Source: a virus. From it: DNA of 64,000 nucleotides. Below, one piece after another: positions 1 through 10,481 of the stretch. A program made the position numbers and the translations under genes. Position 1 is the first letter of the stretch; every line of letters begins with the position of its first letter. The stretch lies in the UHGV virus genome UHGV-0332176; one strand, given 5' to 3'. A model generated the notes under the pieces. It was not told where the DNA came from and ran no database searches. It saw only the letters and a program-made list of their open reading frames with translations.

Positions 1-124
1 ATATCATACAAATTTATTTTTAAAAACAACTGTTAAACCAGGACATTTAAGTCATTTATCTAAACAAGAAATTAATGATAAAATTGGTAATTTCTTTCCT
101 ACACAAGAAAGATTTCAAGAATTT

Positions 125-397
125 TTGTTTACTTTTTATATGCGTGAAGGAGCAGAAGAATATCATAATTTATTCAGTAATGATTTAAGAGCAGATGAAG
201 TTAGAAAAAATTATAATATTGATACAAAACGAAATATTAAATTTATTCGTGATAAACAAACATTAGAAGAAACTATTGATTTAATTGATGAACATATAGA
301 TAATTTATCGTGCGGACATTCAACAATATATCAATGTTATGTTGATTCTGATGACTGTTGCATTTGTAATAAACAAGAAATAGGAGAATTATTTTGA
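125..397 (+). CDS. hypothetical protein with Cys-rich C-terminus
   Basis: ORF track; CGH...CY...CC.C cluster near the C-terminus; no recognisable family. Confidence 0.35.
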   Translation: MFTFYMREGAEEYHNLFSNDLRADEVRKNYNIDTKRNIKFIRDKQTLEETIDLIDEHIDNLSCGHSTIYQCYVDSDDCCICNKQEIGELF

Positions 398-1017
398 ACA
401 AAGGTGATTATTATAAAGTAGTTGATAAAGCAACCAAAGAAATAATTTGTGCTGGACCTATTTCATTTATAAAAAATACTGCAAATATGTCAATTTTAAT
501 AAGTTTTGATAATAAATATTTCTTCAAATTTGAAGGCACAATGAAGTATAAAGTGATTGAAAATTCTAAGCATTTAGAAATACCTTTAAAATTAGAATTT
601 TTAAATAGATATGCTGTTTGCTTATATAAAGATTATTTTAAATATCCACACTATGATGTATATAGAGAATTTGATATAACTGAATTAGATAAACCTGTTA
701 TCAAATTAGTTAAAGCATTAAATAAATTTGAAGGAATTGAAACCACAGGAAGTTGTTGCGGACACGATGAAAATATTTTATGGATTGATATAATGTTTTA
801 TACAATACCAGCTTTAAATTTATTATTAGATATTTTAAATACAAATGAATATAACGATAAATTTATGTTGTGTAATTATTATACCCAGAAAAATGATTCA
901 AATGAATCTGTTATGTTACGTTTAAGAACTTTTGCTATTGGAGAAAAAGCATATCAATATACAGATGATTTAGCTGATAAATTAGAAGAAATATATTCAT
1001 TATTATATAATTTATAA
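394..1017 (+). CDS. hypothetical protein
   Basis: ORF track; start overlaps the stop of the upstream ORF (ATGA-type coupling). Confidence 0.4.
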   Translation: MNKGDYYKVVDKATKEIICAGPISFIKNTANMSILISFDNKYFFKFEGTMKYKVIENSKHLEIPLKLEFLNRYAVCLYKDYFKYPHYDVYREFDITELDKPVIKLVKALNKFEGIETTGSCCGHDENILWIDIMFYTIPALNLLLDILNTNEYNDKFMLCNYYTQKNDSNESVMLRLRTFAIGEKAYQYTDDLADKLEEIYSLLYNL

Positions 1018-1242
1018 ATGATATTTACCTTTTAAATATTTAATAACTGATTCATTTTCTCGTTCAGTTAATTCACTATTATATAAAATAACTTCAGCAA
1101 TTTCACAAGCTAAAAATGGACTAAATGAAACAGTTCCATTTTCACTTACTGCCCAATTTATATATTCATTAGGTTTTAACCAATAACCACCTCTAAATAC
1201 TTTTGCAGTATTTGTTGCAGGGTCACCAAAATCCCTCTTTAA

Positions 1243-2547
1243 TTATTCACCTTGAGCAAAAATTAATCTAAAAGCAATAGTTTGTCCACCAAAAGTGTAA
1301 CCAATTATAAATTGTTGTCCTTTTCTAACAGGAAAATAAAGAACATCATTTACTCCACTTGTTGACCATTTTATAGCTATTGTATTTTCATCAACAGTTG
1401 TTGATGGTAAATTAGTATCATATGCAACAAGATATTGATTTGCAGCTGTTGCTTGTTTAACTAATTGAATATAACCATTAGCAACTGCTGTATAAACTGT
1501 GCCAGAAATACCTAACTCTAAATTAATATATTTTTTAGAAGGCATTGCTTGTTGAGCTACCCAACTAGAATTATTTTTATCTACTAATGATATAGGATGT
1601 TTAGGATTAAATAATACAATTTTACCATTTTCAATACGAGCAGAACCTACCCAAATATCATTTGAAATTCCTAAACCTGCATAATTATAATTATTAATTT
1701 CATCAAAGAAAATTAAATCAATTGTTGGTTTATCAAATGCTTGACTATTAATGGCTATTTTATTAGCATATAAATCTAATATAACATTTGCAGTTATATT
1801 TGGACAAGTATATGTTAAAATATTTTCAATTGATATAATATTATTTTTTTTAATTCCTGTTAAAGAATCATTACCATTTGGAGATAAACCTTTTATTCCT
1901 GGTAAAGCAAATATTGTTGAACCTACAAAGCCAAATCCATTAAATACTTGGTCAATAGAAACCCAAGAAGAAACTGTACTTGTTCCTAACGCAATTGGTA
2001 ATGAACATTCTTGCCAACCATCAGTAGTATCTAAATAGCATTTTTTATCAGTTGTATTATAATAAATTTTAAATGAAGCAGTTGAAGTAGGTAATTCAGA
2101 TACTGTTTCACCTGGTACAAAACCTGTTAATAAAACATCAAAATCTTTTGATAAAGCAATTAAAACTTGTCCATCATAATTAGCATTAACACTTGATATA
2201 TCTGTTGTTGTAGTTTTTAATACTCCATTACCATTATAAACTTTACTACCTGCTTTTAACGTAATTATTCCATTATTAATTTCTAACTTAATATCTTGTG
2301 GAATTTCTGTAATACAGTTAGTAATTTGATTATAACCTACTTGTTCATTACGCCAGCTTAAATTTGTACCATCATTGCTTAATACTTGTTGATTAGTATC
2401 AGTATTAACTTCTGGTATTGTTCCACCATCAGGAGTAATATAAAATTCATTTTCAACTAATTGACCAGCTTCTTTTAATTCATTATATTTAGCTGTACTC
2501 ATTTTATTAAATTTTAATTGAGGTATATCTACACTTGTTTGAGCCAT
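1243..2547 (-). CDS. tail fibre / receptor-binding protein, paralog A
   Basis: About 180 aa core (ITNC.TEIPQDIKLE.NNG.ITLKAGSKVYNGNG...DGWQECS...FNGFGF) is near-identical to 2911..4176; N- and C-termini diverge. Confidence 0.6.
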   Translation of the reverse strand: MAQTSVDIPQLKFNKMSTAKYNELKEAGQLVENEFYITPDGGTIPEVNTDTNQQVLSNDGTNLSWRNEQVGYNQITNCITEIPQDIKLEINNGIITLKAGSKVYNGNGVLKTTTTDISSVNANYDGQVLIALSKDFDVLLTGFVPGETVSELPTSTASFKIYYNTTDKKCYLDTTDGWQECSLPIALGTSTVSSWVSIDQVFNGFGFVGSTIFALPGIKGLSPNGNDSLTGIKKNNIISIENILTYTCPNITANVILDLYANKIAINSQAFDKPTIDLIFFDEINNYNYAGLGISNDIWVGSARIENGKIVLFNPKHPISLVDKNNSSWVAQQAMPSKKYINLELGISGTVYTAVANGYIQLVKQATAANQYLVAYDTNLPSTTVDENTIAIKWSTSGVNDVLYFPVRKGQQFIIGYTFGGQTIAFRLIFAQGE

Positions 2548-2611
2548 AATAAAATTTCCTTAATAAACTATAAAAATATTTATTAAAATAAAAGAGAGGT
2601 TATTTCCTCTC
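2548..2611 (-). terminator. rho-independent terminator hairpin (agagaggttatttcctctct) followed by a T-run on the minus strand
   Basis: Inverted repeat plus T-tract directly after the stop of 2612..2911. Confidence 0.5.
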
Positions 2612-2911
2612 TTATTCTTTTGGATATTTTTCTTTAATTGATTTAATTAATGTTTGCCAGTTATTTGTTCCATCTTCTAAATCGTGATATATCATATCTA
2701 ACTGTTCAGTTAATGGTGGATATTCTTTTATTCTATTATTAATAGCAACAGCATTATGTGATTCAGATTCTTTAATATATTCTCCATTAACTAAAATATA
2801 TTTTTCATTTGTTTTCACTATTTTATCAAATTCCATAAGAGGAATAGATTCAATTTCTTTCTTTGTATTTTTAACTACAATAATCTTGTTATTTTGATAA
2901 CCTAACCACAT
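2612..2911 (-). CDS. small protein between fibre paralogs (possible fibre assembly/adaptor protein)
   Basis: ORF track; its start abuts the stop of 2911..4176; the function is a guess from position only. Confidence 0.3.
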   Translation of the reverse strand: MWLGYQNNKIIVVKNTKKEIESIPLMEFDKIVKTNEKYILVNGEYIKESESHNAVAINNRIKEYPPLTEQLDMIYHDLEDGTNNWQTLIKSIKEKYPKE

Positions 2912-4176
2912 TATATTTCCCCTTTTGCATAGATAAATTTAAAACTAATTAAATTTGTAAATTCAGTATCAAACAATATTTGACAAATTTCACCTTTTAA
3001 AACAGGTATAATTGTTCTTAAATATTTGTCTGCACTTCTTGATGCATAACAATAACCATAATTTAAACCACTTCTTATAATAGCTATATCAACCCAGTTT
3101 GGCCCTTGCCCATCTATACTGAAATAACCATTTGCTGGAGCAATATAAGTTGCTCCTGATGCACCTAAAGTTAATGAAACATATTTACTACCTGGCATAA
3201 CTTGTTGTGTAATAAATGTAGTATCATTTTTATCAAATAATTGATATGCATTATTAAAACTAAATGTAGTAATTTTTCCAGAAGCATCAGTTAAAAATGT
3301 TCCAATTGGACATACTACCCAATCATTTAACCATCCATTTGAAATATCATTTAAAACATATTTCCATTTATTTTCATTTGGAGAATACCAAATAGAATAT
3401 GTAGATAATGTTGGTGCATTATTTTGATAATAAACTTTTGATGTTTCTAAAAACTCTAATTGTCTTTCATCATCTGAAACTCTAGCAAATAATGTATATG
3501 ATGTATTTGGAGCTAAAGATATTGTCCAATAAGTTAAAGTAGGTAAAATTTTTACAATATTATTTTGACTTCCATCATCATTGTTACCATTTGGAAATAT
3601 ATAAGTATTTCCACCATTTTTAATTATTGTATTTCCAATAAAACCAAATCCGTTAAATACTTGGTCAATAGATGTCCAAGATGTTGTAGTAGATGTTCCA
3701 ATAGCAAATGGAAAAGAACATTCTTGCCAACCATCAATTGTATCCAAATAACATTTTTTATCAGTTGTATTAAAATAAATTTTAAATGTTGCAGTTGATT
3801 CGGGTAATTCAGATACAGTTTCACCTGTTAAAAATCCAATTAATAATACATCATAATCTTTAGAAAGTGCTAACATAACTTGACCATCATAATTTGCATT
3901 TTCACTTGTAATATCTGTTGTGGTAGTTTTCATAATACCATTACCATTATAAACTTTACTACCTGCTTTAAGTGTAATTGTACCATTATTTAATTCAAGT
4001 TTAATATCTTGAGGTATTTTTGTTAAACAGTTTGTAATTTGACCATAAGTCCAATATGGTTTAGAACCATTATTACTTAACATCATTCCTGATGTTTCAT
4101 CATTCATTAATGGCATTTGAACACCATTTAACATAATTTTTTGACTAAGTTCATTGTTACCTAAATATAATGTCAT
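2911..4176 (-). CDS. tail fibre / receptor-binding protein, paralog B
   Basis: Shares the ~180 aa core with 1243..2547; C-terminus ends ...YAKGEI like paralog A (...FAQGE). Confidence 0.6.
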   Translation of the reverse strand: MTLYLGNNELSQKIMLNGVQMPLMNDETSGMMLSNNGSKPYWTYGQITNCLTKIPQDIKLELNNGTITLKAGSKVYNGNGIMKTTTTDITSENANYDGQVMLALSKDYDVLLIGFLTGETVSELPESTATFKIYFNTTDKKCYLDTIDGWQECSFPFAIGTSTTTSWTSIDQVFNGFGFIGNTIIKNGGNTYIFPNGNNDDGSQNNIVKILPTLTYWTISLAPNTSYTLFARVSDDERQLEFLETSKVYYQNNAPTLSTYSIWYSPNENKWKYVLNDISNGWLNDWVVCPIGTFLTDASGKITTFSFNNAYQLFDKNDTTFITQQVMPGSKYVSLTLGASGATYIAPANGYFSIDGQGPNWVDIAIIRSGLNYGYCYASRSADKYLRTIIPVLKGEICQILFDTEFTNLISFKFIYAKGEI

Positions 4177-5933
4177 TATTCACCCCAATCTACTATTGTT
4201 GCCGCAATATATGTTTTTAAAATTTTGTACATTTCCATCCAATATGTTGTATTTGTTAATTCTGTTCCTGCTGGAATATTATCTTGTAATCCTAAATAAC
4301 CATATTGAGCTGTACTATCTTCATATGTTACAAAATCACTAGCAATATATGCTTTACTTGAATCCCAATCACCTTTAGGATTAATACCTTTACCACTTGT
4401 AATATTTACTGGAGTTGGGTTTTCTAAACCACCATCATTTGTCCAAGATAATGTATAACCATTTTCCATAGGAGTTAATTCTGGAGTAAATGTTATACCT
4501 TCTGTACCAATATTAAGATTGTAAAAATATTTTAAATCTACTAATGTTCCAGCAGTTAATCCAGAAACTAATGTAACTGTTTTTTTATCTGTTCCTAATG
4601 TATAAGCTGCAGAAGTCAATTCTGTATTTCCAACATTTACTGATAAAACAGATTTATCATAAATCTCGTGAGAAGCTACAAAAGTTGTTTGTCCTTCTGT
4701 GGCTGTAAATGATTCAACAATTCTTTGTGCATAGTTAGTATAAATGGAAATAGTTTCTGGATTTTCTAATTCTTTATTATTAGTAAAAGAAATTGTAGCT
4801 TCGTGAGCATCTTGAGTTGTATGTGGTGTATAAGTTACACCGTCAGAAATAATAACGTTTTCTGGATTTGGTAAACCAACATCATTTGTCCAAGATAATG
4901 TAGTATCTAATCCAACTTTAGTTTGTGATGGAGTAAAAGTCGCACCATCTTTAATAACAACATTTTCTGGATTATCTAAATTTCCATTGTTTGTCCAAGA
5001 TAATGTAGTTTCTGTACCTGTTTTAGATTGTGAAGGAACAAAAGTTACACCATCATAAATATGAGAATCAGCAGGATTTTCTAAACCGCCATCATTTGTC
5101 CAAGACAATGTAGTATCTCTATCAACTTTATTAATATGAGGTGTATAAGTTGCACCAACTTGAACTTCTAAATTATTAAACCAAGATAATTGAACTCTTG
5201 TACCAACAGGAACAGCATTTTTTAATATAACTGTATCTAATGTTTCATTTAAATCCCATTCAGAATTCATAATAACACTATTTTCAATATTAACAGTTAT
5301 TAAATCTTTTTTAAGAACTTTTTCTCCTAATGGAAATTCAGTTGTACTTTCTTCAGTTGTCGTAAATGATTTAGAAACAACTTGTGATACATTAGTTGGA
5401 ATAATCATATTACCATAAACAATTACTTCAATATTTGTTCCTGGTTCTATTGGTTCATTAAAAGTAAGTGTTTTACCATCATCAGCTAATGTATAGTTAT
5501 TAGATTGCAATAAAAGGTTATTAATGTTAACTGATAATGATTCTTTATTAGCAACAGCATCATCTAATACCACAGATGTAATTTCATTTACTGGGTCATA
5601 AAAGAATTTAGAAGTCTTAAAATAACCTGCTAATAATTGCCATTTATTAAAATCAAATGGTTCTTGTGCTACGTGTTCTTGACGACATTGAAATAAACTA
5701 TTGTTATAAGAAACAATATCTCCTACACGATATGTAACACCTGGTGTCCATATAGTTGATGTATTTTCACCACCAGAACCACCACCAATGTCTTGTGCAA
5801 CTTCATCAGGTGTTAAATATTGAGCTAATCCATCTTGACTAATTTTAATATAAGTATTTGGATTATCTTTAAATGGTGATTGAAATTCATCAATCATACT
5901 TGTTGTAATTTTTATATTTGGTGTTCCAACCAT
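4176..5933 (-). CDS. tail fibre protein with a CBM5/12-like (chitin-binding type 3-like) module and 5 tandem ~35-aa repeats
   Basis: W.P...Y..GD.V.Y.....F.C...H......F....W.LL motif near the N-terminus; repeats T[FY]TP......TLSWTN.G.L.NPE at aa ~262-400 and ~480-515 are visible as DNA repeats (tcatttgtccaagataatgtagt, 3-4 copies). Confidence 0.65.
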   Translation of the reverse strand: MVGTPNIKITTSMIDEFQSPFKDNPNTYIKISQDGLAQYLTPDEVAQDIGGGSGGENTSTIWTPGVTYRVGDIVSYNNSLFQCRQEHVAQEPFDFNKWQLLAGYFKTSKFFYDPVNEITSVVLDDAVANKESLSVNINNLLLQSNNYTLADDGKTLTFNEPIEPGTNIEVIVYGNMIIPTNVSQVVSKSFTTTEESTTEFPLGEKVLKKDLITVNIENSVIMNSEWDLNETLDTVILKNAVPVGTRVQLSWFNNLEVQVGATYTPHINKVDRDTTLSWTNDGGLENPADSHIYDGVTFVPSQSKTGTETTLSWTNNGNLDNPENVVIKDGATFTPSQTKVGLDTTLSWTNDVGLPNPENVIISDGVTYTPHTTQDAHEATISFTNNKELENPETISIYTNYAQRIVESFTATEGQTTFVASHEIYDKSVLSVNVGNTELTSAAYTLGTDKKTVTLVSGLTAGTLVDLKYFYNLNIGTEGITFTPELTPMENGYTLSWTNDGGLENPTPVNITSGKGINPKGDWDSSKAYIASDFVTYEDSTAQYGYLGLQDNIPAGTELTNTTYWMEMYKILKTYIAATIVDWGE

Positions 5934-5996
5934 TTTAAAATTCCTTATATCTTTGTATATAAGATATTTATAAAAATTCCAACCTCTAAATTAATG

Positions 5997-6025
5997 TTTG
6001 TTCTTATTTATTAAATAAGAACAAA
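5997..6025. promoter_or_regulatory. palindromic element ttgttcttatttattaaataagaacaa just upstream of the RBS of 6035..6559
   Basis: Perfect inverted repeat around the core TATTTATTAAATA; the same core recurs upstream of three other fibre-associated genes. Confidence 0.45.
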
Positions 6026-6034
6026 GGGGTTATT

Positions 6035-6559
6035 ATGAATGATATTAGTAAAATTAAGAGTAATAGAATTGATGATGGAATAAAACCTGGTGATTTATGT
6101 TATTCATTAAGAACAGAAAAAGAAGGATGGTTATTATGTGATGGAACAAGTTATTCAACAACTGATTATCCTGATTTATTTACTGTAATTGGTTATACAT
6201 TTGGTGGAAGTAATTCTCAATTTAATGTGCCTAATTGTTCTGGTAAATTTTTACAAATGGATACATCTAAAACCATAGGACAAAATATTGAAGCTGGTCT
6301 TCCAAATATTGATATGAGTGCATCATTTTATTTAATAGAAGCTCACGGTAGATTTATTGGCTTATCTAATAATACAGGTTCAGTATATGGTGAAGATGCA
6401 GGTGCAATAGAAAATGCTAATGGTGGTGGTGATGTTGGCAGTAATGCTCCAAGAAAAATTCATATAAATGGTAATTTAAATTCATATAATACAATTTATG
6501 GTAATTCAAACACAGTACAACCACCAGCTATAATTGTTAACTATTTTATCAAATATTAA
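6035..6559 (+). CDS. phage tail collar domain protein
   Basis: GWLLCDG...YPDLF..IG.TFGG...FNVPN..GKF matches the phage tail collar domain consensus; paralog of 13821..14336. Confidence 0.7.
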   Translation: MNDISKIKSNRIDDGIKPGDLCYSLRTEKEGWLLCDGTSYSTTDYPDLFTVIGYTFGGSNSQFNVPNCSGKFLQMDTSKTIGQNIEAGLPNIDMSASFYLIEAHGRFIGLSNNTGSVYGEDAGAIENANGGGDVGSNAPRKIHINGNLNSYNTIYGNSNTVQPPAIIVNYFIKY

Positions 6560-6563
6560 GTTT

Positions 6564-6586
6564 ATTTCTATTTATTAAATAGAAAT
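6564..6586. promoter_or_regulatory. palindromic element atttctatttattaaatagaaat upstream of 6599..7003
   Basis: Perfect 11-bp-arm inverted repeat; identical to the element upstream of 48320..48706. Confidence 0.45.
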
Positions 6587-6598
6587 AAAGGATAAAAT

Positions 6599-7003
6599 AT
6601 GACAGATACAAGTAAATTACCTATTTCACGTGTTGATGAATTAATTGATAAATTAGATGAAATTAATATTAAATTAACCAATTTAGAAAATTCTCGTAGA
6701 ATTATTGAAACCTGGTCAGAAGGAACTGAATGGTATCGTGTGTGGTCAGATGGTTGGATTGAACAAGGTGGAACAACTGGATTAATAACATCAAGTGATG
6801 GTTATACAGCAACAACAATTCAATTTAAAAAATCATTTATTAATACAAATTATACTTTTACATCTTGTGCAAATAAATATTCATCTCAAAATGGATTAGG
6901 AACTGCTTATCCACCATTTATTTTTACAAAAAATAATAATTCAGTTATAATTGGAAAATATTCTTGGACAGATGGTTTAGATTGGTATGCTTGTGGATAT
7001 TAA
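6599..7003 (+). CDS. small fibre-associated protein (paralog of 48320..48706)
   Basis: N-terminal 60 aa nearly identical to 48320..48706 (MTDTSKLPISRVDEL..KLDEIN..LTNLEN.R.IIETWSEGTEWYRVWSDGWIEQGG); ends W...CGY. Confidence 0.5.
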   Translation: MTDTSKLPISRVDELIDKLDEINIKLTNLENSRRIIETWSEGTEWYRVWSDGWIEQGGTTGLITSSDGYTATTIQFKKSFINTNYTFTSCANKYSSQNGLGTAYPPFIFTKNNNSVIIGKYSWTDGLDWYACGY

Positions 7004-8283
7004 TATCCTTCAGCTTGCCAATAACCAGCTGTAATAGTCATACCAGTTGTTGTAATATTTGTTGCTCCAACAGTTGTTGTTACTGGTATATTTTCAAAAG
7101 CAACAGGAAATACTGGATTAACATTATTACCCCATTGTTCTTTCCAACCATCTGAATAAATTCTATAACCAATAGTTCCAAGAGATTCTGCAATTATAAA
7201 ATGATTTTCAAAACTTTCAATCAAATCTTCGGTTGGAAAATAAGAACTTAATTGTGATGATGTAGCTTTAAATCTACCAATCCATTTACTTTTATTTGTA
7301 GGTTCAACGTTAGTATAAATAAAATCATTAACAACAAAATCATAATAAACATTATATGTTACATTTATACCTAAAGATTGTGTATTAAAATATTCAATTT
7401 TCATATATCCTGATGAACCAGCATAAGCAACTGTATTACTACCAGCGGTATTTGAATCACCACCTTTTCCATAATTTTCAAATATAGGTGTTCCACCATT
7501 TTTATAACCGCCATTTGCTCCATAACCACCAGAAACACCATTTAAATTAAATACTTCTTCTTCAATTGTGAAATTTGTAACTGTTGTTAATCCACCTGTT
7601 TTTGCAGCTTCTGCTCCACTTCTCCACCAAGAGTGTCCACCAAAACCACCAGGTGTAGAGATAATTTCATTATCAGATAATTTAAATATTGTACTTCCAC
7701 CTGTACCACCAGTTGCATTCATATCTAATCCATAACGAGCTTCACCGCCAGCACCAACAGTTAATGTATAATCTCCTTCAGCTAAGAAAAGTTTACATTG
7801 ATATGCTGAACCAGATGCACCTGCTGATGATGCAGATGAATTACTTGATTGTGTTCCTGCACCACCACCGCCAGCACCAACTAATGTAATAATATAAAAT
7901 CCAGATGGTAAAAATTTTTGTATTGTTTGAGGTACATCACTTTCAAATAAAATTTCACCAGAAGTTAAATCAATTTCACTTTCATCAGCAAATTTAAGAG
8001 TTTTTGTAGTTGGCTTATTAAAAACATATAATTTATTATCTTCTGTATCAAAAAATGAACCTTCATTAATAATTAATCTATTTCCATAATTTTTTAAAGT
8101 TAAACCATTAATATATTCTCTTAAATTCATTAATGAACTTAAACTATCTTGTGAAATATAATCAATAGTTTTATTATTAACAAATGTTGCAATATAATCA
8201 GGATTATTAAAAGGATTAATTTTTAATTCTAATCTATCATTTGATACTTTTATACTCATTTTTAATAACCTTTCGCAAACCAA
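7000..8283 (-). CDS. tail fibre protein with a glycine-rich central region, paralog family with a shared C-terminal module
   Basis: Gly/Ser/Ala-rich block (GAGGGGAGTQSS...GGTGGSTIF...GGFGGHSWW); C-terminal ~60 aa (SLGTIGYRIYSDGWKEQWGNNVNPVFPVAF...GMTITAGYWQAEGY) shared with four other fibre genes. Confidence 0.6.
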   Translation of the reverse strand: MVCERLLKMSIKVSNDRLELKINPFNNPDYIATFVNNKTIDYISQDSLSSLMNLREYINGLTLKNYGNRLIINEGSFFDTEDNKLYVFNKPTTKTLKFADESEIDLTSGEILFESDVPQTIQKFLPSGFYIITLVGAGGGGAGTQSSNSSASSAGASGSAYQCKLFLAEGDYTLTVGAGGEARYGLDMNATGGTGGSTIFKLSDNEIISTPGGFGGHSWWRSGAEAAKTGGLTTVTNFTIEEEVFNLNGVSGGYGANGGYKNGGTPIFENYGKGGDSNTAGSNTVAYAGSSGYMKIEYFNTQSLGINVTYNVYYDFVVNDFIYTNVEPTNKSKWIGRFKATSSQLSSYFPTEDLIESFENHFIIAESLGTIGYRIYSDGWKEQWGNNVNPVFPVAFENIPVTTTVGATNITTTGMTITAGYWQAEGY

Positions 8284-9302
8284 TAACCAGCAGCAATTGT
8301 CATTCCAGTACGAGTTACTGCTGTTGCTCCTCTAACAACAGATAAAGGTATTTCATTAAATGCTACTGGAAAAACAGGATTTACTAAATTCCCCCATTGT
8401 TCTTTCCAACCATCTGAATAAATTCTATAACCTGTTGTACCTGATTGTTCTTTAATTATATATCTGCTTTGATATGATGAAGCTAAATCTTCCATTGGAT
8501 AATAACGAATAATATTATCAGCATTATCAGAAGCAGTTATAAAATCACCGATTTTTTTACATTTTAATTTATTATGAAATATATTACCAAATTCATTTCC
8601 ATAAGTAATAAAAAATTCTTTATTTTCATTTAACCAAATTTCATATTTCATTAAAGGATAATGAGTTGACCACGCTGTTGTTAAATCAATTATTGTATCA
8701 TTTTCAAACTCAATAAATTTTTTATCTAAAATTTTTTTTAAATGATAACCTGTTTCAATTGGTATATAATATAATAATGTATCACCTTCATTCATTATTG
8801 GTTTATCAGCATAACTAGAAATAATCATATCAAATTCATTCATATAATTTTTAATATGACAAAGATAATGTTTTAATGTTGTTCCAGATGAAGAATCAAT
8901 TCCACCTGCTCCATTTGTATTATATAATAAAGTTGAATATCTTGTTTCATAATTTCCAATATTTAAATCCATTGGTTGAAATTGATATGTAGATGTAATA
9001 TCCCATAATGGATATTTTAAATGAAAATCTTGCTTTTTTGTTTGATTATTATGAAGAAAATAGTCACATATTTTGTCTAAATATGTATAACCTTTTTTAA
9101 TAATTAATTGATTTCCAGAAATTTTTAATGTTAATCCTTTTGAAGAATTTGACAAATTATATTTTTCTGAAATATTAATTGGATTAATAAAAGTTAAATC
9201 GGTTGCATTTTCATTAACTTTTAAAATTCCATTTTCATTAGTTGGAATTGAGCGTTCAAATCTATTAATTTTTACTTTATTAGTCATATTAATATCCTTC
9301 AA
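8262..9302 (-). CDS. tail fibre protein, shared C-terminal module family
   Basis: C-terminus GTTGYRIYSDGWKEQWGNLVNPVFPVAF...GMTIAAGYWFAKGY; overlaps neighbours by 22 and 14 nt, suggesting translational coupling. Confidence 0.55.
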   Translation of the reverse strand: MKDINMTNKVKINRFERSIPTNENGILKVNENATDLTFINPINISEKYNLSNSSKGLTLKISGNQLIIKKGYTYLDKICDYFLHNNQTKKQDFHLKYPLWDITSTYQFQPMDLNIGNYETRYSTLLYNTNGAGGIDSSSGTTLKHYLCHIKNYMNEFDMIISSYADKPIMNEGDTLLYYIPIETGYHLKKILDKKFIEFENDTIIDLTTAWSTHYPLMKYEIWLNENKEFFITYGNEFGNIFHNKLKCKKIGDFITASDNADNIIRYYPMEDLASSYQSRYIIKEQSGTTGYRIYSDGWKEQWGNLVNPVFPVAFNEIPLSVVRGATAVTRTGMTIAAGYWFAKGY

Positions 9303-10473
9303 CTTTCCAATTTCTTGCTGTAATTGTCATTCCAGTTGTTGTTACATTTGTTGCATCTCTTTCAACAATTTGTGGAATATTTGTAAAAGCTACTGGAAAT
9401 GTTGGATTAGCATTATTACCCCATTGAATTTTCCATCCATCTGAATAAATTCTATAACCAATTGTTTCTAATGATTCAGCAATAACATTTCCGTGAGAAA
9501 ATGCTTCTGTTAAAGTTAATGTTGGATAATAATAATTAGTTATATTCATATTATTAACATTAAAAAATCCTATTTTTGCAAATTCTGTATATCCATCTGG
9601 TAATGTTGGTATTTCATCAATAGAAGTTAAAATTTTACTTTCACCGTTATCATTACCAATTGCAAAAATATTATAATATTGACTTGGAATTCTATAATCG
9701 TGATAATATGCAACAATAATAAAACGACTAATTCCTATTAATCCTGCTGCTCTATTTGATAACAATCCATTATATCTAAAATAAGAATATTCTTTTAAAG
9801 TTTCTTTAGCTTGATATTCATTAATTGCATTTGCTGCTGTATTAGGAACTATATCTTTATTATTAACTGAAACTAATGTATCCCAATTTATTCCATCTTG
9901 AGATGCTAAAATATCAAATACAATTCCGCAAGAAGTTGCTTCATTTCTATTTTGAATAACAAATTTTTCAACTCTAACTGGAAAAGGTATTTTAATTTGT
10001 AACCAATGTGGATAAGCTGTATTATTTAATGATGCCCACGCATCTGATTCTGATGAATTTGTTCCATTAAATGCTTTCCAAGCATCATATGTTGTACTTG
10101 TTATATCACTTGCCGATGCTTCACAATTATTACTAATATTACTTGTTAATATTGGTTGATTCCATAAACGTTCAGTTATTTTATCAGCTGTACCACCATC
10201 ATTAATACTTTTACTTACATCAAATGTCCCACCAGTAAAATTAATCATTTTATTATTTTGGCTTAATACAGAACCATTTGTTATAGTAATGGTTGTTCCA
10301 TTAATAGCAGTAATTTTAAATGAATTAACTGTATTATCAATATACATTAAATTGGATATTTTTGTTTTATCTATATATGATATGTCATTTGAATTGTTCA
10401 CAATTAGTTTTCCAACATTATTTTCTAATGCAGGTAATTTTTCAACTAATCTTGAAATCTTTATTTTATCCAT
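9289..10473 (-). CDS. tail fibre protein with discoidin-like (F5/8 type C-like) carbohydrate-binding domain and shared C-terminal module
   Basis: Central W.....A.DG..W-type region (DAWKAFNGT...HWLQIKIP.PV.V..F.I.NR......GIVFDILASQDGINWDTL); C-terminus ...GYRIYSDGWKIQWGNNANPTFPVAF...GMTITARNWKVEGY. Confidence 0.55.
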   Translation of the reverse strand: MDKIKISRLVEKLPALENNVGKLIVNNSNDISYIDKTKISNLMYIDNTVNSFKITAINGTTITITNGSVLSQNNKMINFTGGTFDVSKSINDGGTADKITERLWNQPILTSNISNNCEASASDITSTTYDAWKAFNGTNSSESDAWASLNNTAYPHWLQIKIPFPVRVEKFVIQNRNEATSCGIVFDILASQDGINWDTLVSVNNKDIVPNTAANAINEYQAKETLKEYSYFRYNGLLSNRAAGLIGISRFIIVAYYHDYRIPSQYYNIFAIGNDNGESKILTSIDEIPTLPDGYTEFAKIGFFNVNNMNITNYYYPTLTLTEAFSHGNVIAESLETIGYRIYSDGWKIQWGNNANPTFPVAFTNIPQIVERDATNVTTTGMTITARNWKVEGY

Positions 10474-10481
10474 AAAAAACC

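Noticed and set aside
1751-2038. Short antisense ORFs inside large genes (1751..2038, 3565..3798, 3624..3824, 4154..4342, 6964..7155, 7689..7889, 10289..10606, 12525..12710, 17828..18031, 17900..18094, 25144..25329, 26605..26844, 28634..28843, 31497..31679, 32334..32519, 41169..41396, 43733..43942, 45438..45728, 49032..49514, 52949..53185, 54580..54840, 60663..61109, 60836..61135, 62603..62887)
   Set aside because: All lie within or antisense to longer, better-supported ORFs. They have low-complexity or implausible composition typical of shadow frames in AT-rich DNA.
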